Part shown: positions 22,635 to 31,831 of the stretch, in pieces
Numbering within the stretch: position 1 is the stretch's first letter
Layout of the letters: every line of letters begins with the position of its first letter
The notes under the pieces: generated by a model
What the model was told of the DNA's origin: nothing
The model's input: only the letters and a program-made list of their open reading frames with translations
Database searches by the model: none
Translations under genes and position numbers: made by a program
Assembly (NCBI GenBank): GCA_020184695.1
Contig: JAANOX010000083.1
Span: forward strand, 1 to 64,000
Direction of reading: 5' to 3'
DNA: 64,000 bases
From: Histomonas meleagridis 2922-C6/04-290x
Taxonomy: Eukaryota > Protista > Parabasalia

Positions 22635-24304
22635 TCATAGCCAATTGTCTTCATCTTCTTTCACAATATCTTCAACTAAACTATTTACTTCTTCGATTTG
22701 CTTTGTACTTGACGTTGTCGTGTCCTTAAATTGTAAATTTGATTTCGATTTTTCTTTCTTATTATTACTTTTCACTAAAAATATAACAATTCCAACAATG
22801 ATCAAAACAAATGCAAATGATCCGCAAATAATTCCAATCAAAACATTTGTCGTAATTCCATTTGGTGAATTTTCATTGGAAGTATGAAACATTGTAAAGA
22901 AATTGGAATAATAATTATAATAAGTCGAATAAATAACAATCGTGTAATTGTAATAAATAAATTCTGTTTCAATATATGAAAATGTTGAATTATTTATATA
23001 TAATGAAAATGTTTTCGTTTTTGTTTCATAAATAGTTAACGAATGTGTAATTGATAATGTAATTGTTATTGTGTATGAAAATGATAATGAAATATCACTT
23101 TGAAGTGATGCAGTAAATGTATTCGATTGACTAAATGAATGTGTTGGAAGTGGTTCGCATGTTCCTTCTGTGTTGTCTTTGGCAACATCTAAATTTCCAA
23201 ATTTACTTCCTTTATATGTTGAATATGTGATAACACTTGTTGAAACATTATAAAATGCATTTTCACGAATTTCTGGTTCTGAATCTCCATAATAATATAT
23301 ACATCGAAGTTGATAACAATTCCCAAATGCTGAACCTCCAATATTTCTTATTCCATATCCAAGTATTAATAATGTTAAATTCGAACATAATGCAAATGCA
23401 TAACTCCCAATTGTTGTAACTGAATTTGGAATTGTAATGTTTTTGATTGATGAACACAATGAAAATGATGAACCTCCAATCTCTGTAACATTTTTCTCCA
23501 ATTATAATCGTTTCTAATTTAGAACATAAATAAAAACACTGAACCTCCAATATTTGTGACTGAGTTACCAAAATTAACTGAAACAACTGAAGGCCATCCT
23601 GAAAATGCATCACTTGGAATTGAATAAATATTTTCACTGATAATTATATATTTCGTGATATTTTGATATTGTTCAACATCAATAAAATCATTTGAATTTG
23701 TGATTGAAAGTGTTGAATTATCTTTATGAAATATTTCATAAGAATTTGTGAAAAACATAATAAAAATTAAAACATTTTTCTGTTTTTTCTTTTCATTTGT
23801 TTTCATTTTATTAATTAAAAATTTGACCACATGAAATAAAAAATATCCCAAAATAAAAAAGTTATACATTAGAACTTGAGCAGTTTCATTGAATTTGAAC
23901 ATTTTCTTCATGAAGCCATTATTCATTGAAGTTGGTAAATAAGCTTTTAATGGAAAATGATTAAACACCAAATAAAAGAATTTGAAATAATGTTTAATAT
24001 ATGATATAGGTAACTCTAATAAATGGGAATGATGCTGATATTCTTCTGTGATGATATTAAATGTATTTGATTCATTAGCTGTTTGCATAATAAAATTTGT
24101 GACTTTAATGGATACACTCTCTTTGTTATGGACTGAGTGTGTTAAATATTTAAACCCTTTGGATTCTAAAGGAAGGTAAGGGAAGTGTTTGAAGGTTTGA
24201 GATATGGATAATTGATTACTAAAAATCTTTGAACCTGAATTTTTTGGAGAGATTTGTAATAAGCAAAAGAAATGCATGGGTAAAATCAAGAAGAAAGAAC
24301 ACAT
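22635..24304 (-). CDS. BspA-like paralogue, near-identical ectodomain to 20012-21901, with two +1 homopolymer frameshifts near 23500-23535
   Basis: 23760-23100 is near-identical to 21245-20500; one extra T and one extra A relative to copy 1 split the ORF (assembly error or pseudogene). Confidence 0.75.
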
Positions 24305-25012
24305 TTGCGAGAAAAGTTGGGAAACTTGCTAATAAATCAGTCAAAAACGATACAGAGAAATTCAACCGCGCCGCCTTTTCGTCAATTCATTGGTATAACT
24401 TTCGTTGAAACATGTTTTATTGTTTCTGCAATCGGAAGCTGTTTGCAAAGCTGAAACGTAATGTTTTTATTGAAAAGTGTCAAAAAATTCCCTCGTTTAT
24501 ATTGTTGAAACACAGAAAAAAAATGATCGGAAGAAAATTCCCAATTTTAAATTGATTTTGCTTGTGATCAAGGAAAACTTTTGAAGGAAAAACTCTCAAA
24601 AAGTTCGCATCAACACAATTAACAGATAATGTATTGAATTTTGAATGCAGTATTTCACCAAACAACCGCCCCGTTTTGAACCCAAAATCATATTAACTAA
24701 AAAAAAATCTATTTTCATTTAAAAAAATATCTCATAATATTATTTTCAAACACTTTGATTATGATTTAATTATTAAATATGAAAAGTATTTAATTCATAT
24801 ATTATCTTGGAGGTGATATTTTCGAGATACAAGAAATCGCATTTAATTTTAAAAAGTTATTATAATATAAACTGTTCCAAATAATTCACTCAAGTACCAA
24901 ATAATAATTAAAGCGCCTCAAAGAATTTATATAAAAATAAACAATAAAATTATAATATTTTTAGTTTATTTAAATAGAAACTTCATTAAAACAATTTTAT
25001 GTTACCTCAAAA

Positions 25013-27370
25013 TCACTTTAAAATTGCGTTAAAACGATTCATTTTCTGTCTTTGATTTCTAAATGATTTTGTTATTTGTCTCTCCAATGTCTTATCTTCT
25101 CTTACGGCCTTTTTTAGTGCTCCTTTCATCTTTGCGATCAGTGCAGCGTCAAGTTCATATTCATCCAAATCCGCCTTCTTCATCATTAACATTTCGGCAA
25201 ATAAAATCAAAATCTGTGCAACGAATTTCTTGAATCGTACGTCATCTAAAGCCACAACAAGTAGCTCCAAGATGTCGTCCATTCCTTCGATTTCAGGCGA
25301 AAGTGGTAAAATTTTCAAAACTAAGTCGAAAAGTTTTTCATCAATATCAATGTTAATAACTTTAATTGTATATAATTCGAGAATTAATCGAATGATTTTC
25401 GATATTATTTGTGAATTATCAAGTTCTTCTTCATCAGTGGATAATATAAGTTGTTTTAATATGGAAAATACTTTCGGTATATCAAAGATTCCTGGATTGG
25501 ATTTCCCAATCTGTGATAATATTTCGATACATGAACAAATTTCTTCAACATTTTCAGTTACATCAAATGATGTAAGAATTTCCATTATATATTTGTAAAG
25601 TTTCGTCATAGAGTCGAATGTAATAACCCCACAATGGATACCAGCTTCAATGGGCTCAAGAACAACTGGCGTCATTTCACATCGAATTTGAGGGATAATA
25701 TCGATAAGTTGTCGACATATTTCATCTGATTGAAGTGGATATTGACGAATATAAGCTGCAATAAAATAAAAAATCATGGTTTTGTCATCTTGGCATGTAT
25801 ATAATGGAAAGTTTCCTAAATAATTAATGTCTCCTTTCATAATAGAATTAACAAATTCTGTTGAATCAATGTTAAATTTCTTCATTAACTTTTTCATTGT
25901 GTGGAGAATAACGTTCAACTTGGGACTAACGGTCGCTTTGCGAGCAAGTTTTTCAAGCTTCTCAAAAATAACGGTCGCTGTTTGACCGTTAAGTTGGTCA
26001 ATTAATGCAATGATAACAGAACAAACATAAAATAGTTCATTGCCAACAATCGTGTCAAGCGTTTTAAGGGCAAATGATGTAACTTTTGACGTCATTTCTG
26101 GCCAGGAACCACTTTGGATAATTGTTGCTATTGATTCTGCTCTTTCCATTCTTTGTTTTGTTGTACCAGTTTCTTCATCTTCAAGTGAATCTGTTAGTGT
26201 TGGTAAGTTGGCAATGATCTGATTAAGAGTTGTCTCAGGAAATAGTTTTGATACAGCAAGGAAAAAGTTGGTGATTTCAGTATAACAACGCTTTTCCGTC
26301 TTAAGTAACTCAAGGGCAATACCAAATGCTTCTTCATAGATGTCTTCAACATAAATTTTGTTGATTGCCGCAATTTGGGATAATAACTCAAGACACCTTC
26401 CCTTGATGAAATCAGAGTTTCCATCGAACGAGGACTCGATAAAATTGTAAATTGCTTGAACAACATTAATTTTTGGATTTTGGTAATCATCTAAGAATCT
26501 CTGAAGAAGCTTGAAGAAAAGTGGATATTTTGACTCAGGATACTTTGGAAACTGTCCGATTACAAATGCAACTTCTTGTTTGTCGTCGAAAACTCCGCAT
26601 TCGATCAGTCTTCGCATTGCTTTATGTGCACGAAAACATATTACTTCGTTTTGATCGAGAAAATGAGATGAGAGAAGAGTGAACATATCACTTGGAATGA
26701 CGCGCTTGTTTCCGGATATCTGTGGTGCAATATAACGGAGAGTGACTAATGATGAAATTTGTTGATTTGTGTCACCTTGAATAAATTTGTGGATGGTTTG
26801 GACAAGCTCTGTAAGGAGGTCTTCGTTATCATCAATTAGGTCAGATAAAATGGGTGCATAAGTCAATAAAAATGATTCTGACTGATTTTCTAATAAAGAA
26901 TTTTCAAGAATTTCCAACACCTGAGGATTGAGAGATGATGTGTCAATTGTTTCAACAATATTTAAAATATTTTCTGGAACATCTGATGTGTTATTTAGTT
27001 GGATTTTAATCAGATTGGAAATTGCATCAAAAATTGGTTTGACTGTAGGATTTGGCAAAAATTGGAGAATATTTACAATTGGAACCAATAAACTTAATCT
27101 TTTTTGGAAATCAAATTCTGGATCGAATAATTGCAATAATGATTCCTTTATTATTGGTGTTTCATCTACTTTGTAATTGCTATTAAGTATGAATTGTTGG
27201 ATAAGAGAATTTAGAACAGGAAGATGGACAGTATCATTTTGTGCTATTGTAAATATTGATGTCCACACATTTTGTGGATCAAGATTATTGTCTTCAATTT
27301 TATTGCAATATTTAGATAGTTCTGAGAACAGCTTTTCTCTTTCCATTCCGTTTTGGTTGATTTGTTTCAT
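25013..27370 (-). CDS. ARM/HEAT-repeat protein
   Basis: Long intact alpha-helical L/I-rich ORF with HEAT-like periodicity; start uncertain (ATG at 27370 or 27346). Confidence 0.7.
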   Translation of the reverse strand: MKQINQNGMEREKLFSELSKYCNKIEDNNLDPQNVWTSIFTIAQNDTVHLPVLNSLIQQFILNSNYKVDETPIIKESLLQLFDPEFDFQKRLSLLVPIVNILQFLPNPTVKPIFDAISNLIKIQLNNTSDVPENILNIVETIDTSSLNPQVLEILENSLLENQSESFLLTYAPILSDLIDDNEDLLTELVQTIHKFIQGDTNQQISSLVTLRYIAPQISGNKRVIPSDMFTLLSSHFLDQNEVICFRAHKAMRRLIECGVFDDKQEVAFVIGQFPKYPESKYPLFFKLLQRFLDDYQNPKINVVQAIYNFIESSFDGNSDFIKGRCLELLSQIAAINKIYVEDIYEEAFGIALELLKTEKRCYTEITNFFLAVSKLFPETTLNQIIANLPTLTDSLEDEETGTTKQRMERAESIATIIQSGSWPEMTSKVTSFALKTLDTIVGNELFYVCSVIIALIDQLNGQTATVIFEKLEKLARKATVSPKLNVILHTMKKLMKKFNIDSTEFVNSIMKGDINYLGNFPLYTCQDDKTMIFYFIAAYIRQYPLQSDEICRQLIDIIPQIRCEMTPVVLEPIEAGIHCGVITFDSMTKLYKYIMEILTSFDVTENVEEICSCIEILSQIGKSNPGIFDIPKVFSILKQLILSTDEEELDNSQIISKIIRLILELYTIKVINIDIDEKLFDLVLKILPLSPEIEGMDDILELLVVALDDVRFKKFVAQILILFAEMLMMKKADLDEYELDAALIAKMKGALKKAVREDKTLERQITKSFRNQRQKMNRFNAILK

Positions 27371-27504
27371 CTGACCTTGCGGTTTTGTTTTCAAATTCCA
27401 CTCAACCAAAATCCAATAGACCGTTTAAATGAGGCCGTTTGGCGTGCGAACCACTTTTATAATACTTTACTTAAGAGAAATTTTAAATATTTTTTTATTT
27501 GTTT

Positions 27505-29652
27505 ATGGAAGAAAAGCCTATCACAAACTTAAAGGATAAGCTTCAATTTATTTATCATGTTATTTTCTCCTTGAATGAGAAAAATATTTCACAATCTGCT
27601 CGCTTGATTATTGATGAATTTGATAGTAATCTTCCATACTCTATTAATTTAATTGTTAGTCAAATGATATATTCAGTATATATTATAAAAATAAATGATG
27701 TTGATATATATTTTTGTTTAATGAAGGAAATTGAAACTTATGAAAAAACAAATAAAATGAACTCCAAAATATTTGAAGTTTTTGCTAATTTTGTTCTTCA
27801 TGTTGACTCTTATGAATCATACTTCTTTCTTTTTAATATGGTTAAGAATAATTTTCTTGATACGAAACTTATTCGAAATAAAATGAAACCATATTTTGCG
27901 TGTTATATTCCAGAAGAAGAAATTAAACAATGTAATTATAAACGATTTTTTATGAAACAATTAAAAGATAATTATGAAAGACTTTCAACAAACAATTGGG
28001 AATTACATAAACAATTAATTAACGAAGGAGTTAATCCAAATAAAATCGCAAAAATAATTCGAAATGATGAAATCGAAAAACTTCAAGAAATATCATCGGA
28101 AACAAATTTCGATTTTAATCAAACAATTGAACCATCGCTTTATGAAAGATGTTCTTTTATTAACAAAGAAAATGTTTCATTAATTGATTATGCAGCATTT
28201 TTTTCTGCAATTAAATGCTTTAAATATTTACTTATGAATGATGCAAATGTAACAAACACAGGTAAATATGCAGTTGCAGGTGGAAATCTTGAAATCATTT
28301 ATTTATGTGAACAGAATAATTCATTTTTTTATAAAGCATATGAAACAGCAATTATTTTTCATCGAAATGATATTTTTTATTACCTTTATGAAAACGAAAT
28401 TGTTAAATCACAAATTAATGATTTGGAAGATTTAGGAAATATATGTATTTTATATCATAATTATGAAATTCTTTCATATTTGGAAAAAGAAGGAATGACA
28501 TTTTATAAATCACTTAAAATCGCATCAATTAAAGAAGGTAATATATTTCTTTTACAATATTTTCTCGAAAAAAATCCAAGTAAAATAAATTTAATGGAAA
28601 TCAAATCATTTTCTGGTAATAAAGAACTTTTTCATTTCCTTAATGATAATAAATATATTGATTGCAATGGAATTTTACAAATATTTTCAAAATTTATTAA
28701 AATAATTTATTGATATTTTTTAATATTTGGAATTTATTAAAGCCTTTTCAAAAAGCATTTTTGAATGCATCTTTAGATGGTTATACTGATATAATTAATA
28801 TCCTTCTAGATGAAAAAGATATTGATATTAATACGAAAGATATTTTTTTATTTAAATTATTTATATTTTAATAAATCATTTGGAAATTATATAATTTATT
28901 TTGGACAGCACTTATCTGTGCATCACATAATGGTTCCATAGAAATTGTTAAATTACTTCTTGAACAAAAAGAAATTGATATTAATAGTGAAACTTTTGAT
29001 TTTTTTTTATTTGATATTCATTATATTAATGTGATGGTTCAAAATAAAATTTGGAGGTTAAATAAAATATTTGAAACTGCACTTATTTTGGCATCTGAAA
29101 ATGGTCATACAGAAATCGTTAAATTACTTCTAGAAAAAGAAGGAATTGATGTTAATGCTCAAGATATTTATTTGTTTTTTATAGAATTTATTTTAATAAT
29201 TATATATTTCAAAACAATATTTGGAAATAATACAAATTATTTCGAAACGCACTAATTAGTGCATCTCAAAAAGGTAATATAGAAATCGTTAAATTACTTC
29301 TTGCACAAAAAGGGATCGATATTAATGTCAAAAAAATTTATTTGTTTTGTTTGATATTTCATGATAATGTTTGGAAATAATTTAAATTATTTGAAACACC
29401 ACTTATGATTGCATCTTTTTTTGGGAATACAGAAATTGTTAAATTACTTCTTGAACAAGATGGAATTGATGTTAATTCTAAAGATATCTCAATATAATAT
29501 ATTTTATTTATCTAAATAATTTTCTGTTTGAAAACATTATTAGGAAATTATACAAAACATTTAGAACAGCAGCCATTAATGCATATGAAAGAGGATATAA
29601 TGATATAGTACAAATACTTCTTGAATACAGTAAAAATCAAATCCAAACCTGA
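27505..29652 (+). CDS. DUF3447 + ankyrin-repeat protein whose six hairpin junctions are interrupted by 17-nt spacers
   Basis: DUF3447 motifs (FDFNQTIEPSLYERC, LIDYAAFF, YAVAGGNLEII). Removing 22 spacers joins five 93-nt exons and a terminal exon into one open frame ending at TGA 29650-52. Confidence 0.85.
28672..29562 (+). other. Array of 17-nt non-canonical intervening spacers separating single-codon micro-exons
   Basis: Example: gat[atttatttgttttttat]aga[atttattttaataatta]tat[atttcaaaacaatattt]gga[aataatacaaattattt]cga aac gca cta = D-R-Y-G-R-N-A-L (29163-29254). Confidence 0.85.
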
Positions 29653-29719
29653 CAACAATAAATATATCATGTTGATATGCATAAAGCAAATTTTCAATTA
29701 TCACATTTATAAATTTTAT

Positions 29720-31360
29720 TCACTTATTATTTTGTTGTATTGACTCAACATTTCTTCCAGTATCTGCAGGTTGCACAACAAGATGTCTATCGTACAAATG
29801 CACATCTCCTAAATTCTCTAAAGCAGCCGTAGCTTCTTGTCTAGTATTAAAATCTAAGAAAACAAAACCTCTGTGACCAGAGCCATCTGCTTTCTTTGGC
29901 ATTCTAATAGCTTTTACTCTTGCATATGTATTTACAATATCATATAATTCTCTTTTTGTAGCTTTAAATGGAACATTTTTCATAATCAATGTGGTTGTCT
30001 TTAACTGTTTTAGTGTTTCTTTTTTCTTATGTTTATATTCTTTATTACCATCATCAACAACTGGCTCATTACCAGGCGCTGGTGCCCATTGTAAGTACAT
30101 TGGTTGGTCATGGATTTTTCGGAAACTTAGTGCTTGAAATGCTTTTTTCGCATCTTCTGGTCGAGCATATTCTACAAGTGCTGTTGCATGAGTTGGTGGA
30201 AATATAAATCGAGTCAAAGAGCCATATGATGCAAACAAATTTCGGATTTCTTCTTCTGTTGTTTGGTATTTTAAGTTTTTGACAATGATAAGAGTTTTAC
30301 TTCTTCGAGTTGGGGCACCCGAATTATCAAAAAGTGATAAGTCGATACCAGAGGCCTCAAAAAGTTGCTTGGTTTCTTTGACGAGCTGTGCTTCTGCCAA
30401 TGTAAGTCTTGATGCAATGTCATCAGATTCTGGATTTAATAACTCTGCTTTAGTGAAGCCTAACATATGAGAAGCAGCTTCAGCTACAGTATCCTTATTA
30501 AGAAATAAGGCATTCCAAGATTGTGGTTTCTCAACTTTAAGAAGACGCTTTTTTCTTTCTTGAAATGTTTCATCATCATCTGGAAGATGGTCTGCTTTGT
30601 CGTCTTTGGCTGGCTCAGCTGGTTCAAGCTTAAGATGTCGACCTTGAAAAATAATTGAATCTTGAAGCGCAGAAATAACGGAATCTGTTGATGCAAAAGT
30701 AACAAATCCATAACCTCTGCCTCGGTTAACTTGTCTGTCGATTGGTATGACAACATCAGTTACTTGACCATATTTTGAAAAGAATTCTTCAACTTCATCC
30801 TCGTTTGTATCGTACGGAAGGTTTATAACATGTATCCTATTTGTGATTGGTTGTTCTTTTTCATTATTTTCATTGTCTTCTTCTTCTGTATTTTTTTCTT
30901 TTTCTTTTTCTTCTTCGAGTTTCTTAGCTCTTTGAAGTACTTCTGTTACTCCTTCATTCCAAGACATGTTTGCTCTTTTGGTTGCAATGAATTCTAAATA
31001 TTCTGGATCATTTGCATAAGATGGTTGTTTTATTTCTTCTTTTTGTGTATTATCACCTTCATCTGTTTGTTTGTGACTTCGTCTTGCGTAACATTCTTCT
31101 AAAGATAGATCACCGATTGGTTTAGCAAATTCTACTGTAATTTTTGATGTATCAATATATGTTTGATTCATATAATTCTTTGCATCTTCAGCATTCTTAG
31201 GATCTTTAAATCCAATAAAAGCAAACCCACGTGATTTTCCACGATTATCAGTTCTAATTTTACAATCTGTTATTTCACCGAAAGATTCAAATTTTTTTCT
31301 CAAACCTTCATTATTGATATATTTTGGAATTCCTTTAACAATTAGTCTCGTTGAAGTCAT
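29720..31360 (-). CDS. MRD1: Multiple RNA-binding-domain protein MRD1/RBM19 (18S rRNA processing)
   Basis: N-terminal RRM (RLIVKGIPKY...SRGFAFIGF...IDTSKITVEFAK), SWNALF motif and C-terminal RRMs with HRGFVFLDF. Confidence 0.9.
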   Translation of the reverse strand: MTSTRLIVKGIPKYINNEGLRKKFESFGEITDCKIRTDNRGKSRGFAFIGFKDPKNAEDAKNYMNQTYIDTSKITVEFAKPIGDLSLEECYARRSHKQTDEGDNTQKEEIKQPSYANDPEYLEFIATKRANMSWNEGVTEVLQRAKKLEEEKEKEKNTEEEDNENNEKEQPITNRIHVINLPYDTNEDEVEEFFSKYGQVTDVVIPIDRQVNRGRGYGFVTFASTDSVISALQDSIIFQGRHLKLEPAEPAKDDKADHLPDDDETFQERKKRLLKVEKPQSWNALFLNKDTVAEAASHMLGFTKAELLNPESDDIASRLTLAEAQLVKETKQLFEASGIDLSLFDNSGAPTRRSKTLIIVKNLKYQTTEEEIRNLFASYGSLTRFIFPPTHATALVEYARPEDAKKAFQALSFRKIHDQPMYLQWAPAPGNEPVVDDGNKEYKHKKKETLKQLKTTTLIMKNVPFKATKRELYDIVNTYARVKAIRMPKKADGSGHRGFVFLDFNTRQEATAALENLGDVHLYDRHLVVQPADTGRNVESIQQNNK

Positions 31361-31831
31361 TCCAATTCTAATAAACCCGAAACGACCTTAGATTTCTAAT
31401 TGAGAAACTTTGTTTAATATAACTTTCCAATCGTTTTCACATTGAAACCAAGATTTGAATACTTTATACTTTCTCACAATATGGAAAAGTGAATAGCATA
31501 AGAATACTATATAGTACAATATGAAAATGAGTTTTTTTTTAAATTAATATGATAATGTAAATCACGGTTTTAGTTATTCACAGAGATTGTGCATTCTTTT
31601 TATTCCTAAACTTTAACAAAATATTTTTTCAATGTATTCAAAATATCTTTTGCTTTATCATAAATCTCCATTATAAGAATTGCAATAAGCTTTATGATTC
31701 GTAAGTCATGCAATAATAACATTATGAAAATTTTCAAATTCAGATATTTAATTCATACAGTTCGCTCACAGCTTCACATGTTTTACTTTGTTTCAATGAA
31801 AAAAAATCAATTTTTTTTGTTTTTTACTGAA

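Noticed and set aside
23495-23540. Phase variation of BspA copy 2 by homopolymer slippage
   Set aside because: Similar single-base homopolymer indels occur elsewhere (BBS9, ankyrin T9), so assembly error is at least as likely; raw reads are needed.
28669-29562. Canonical GT-AG or AT-AC spliceosomal introns explaining the ankyrin interruptions
   Set aside because: No consistent GT/AG or AT/AC ends and no ACTAAC branch motif; removing a single long intron does not restore D-x-x-G-x-T or the frame.
28669-29562. Classical matched-codon ribosome hopping (T4 gene 60 type)
   Set aside because: Take-off codons (GAT, GAA, GGA) do not match the last spacer triplet (mostly TTT), and no stimulatory hairpin is seen. 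Unmatched bypass is not excluded.
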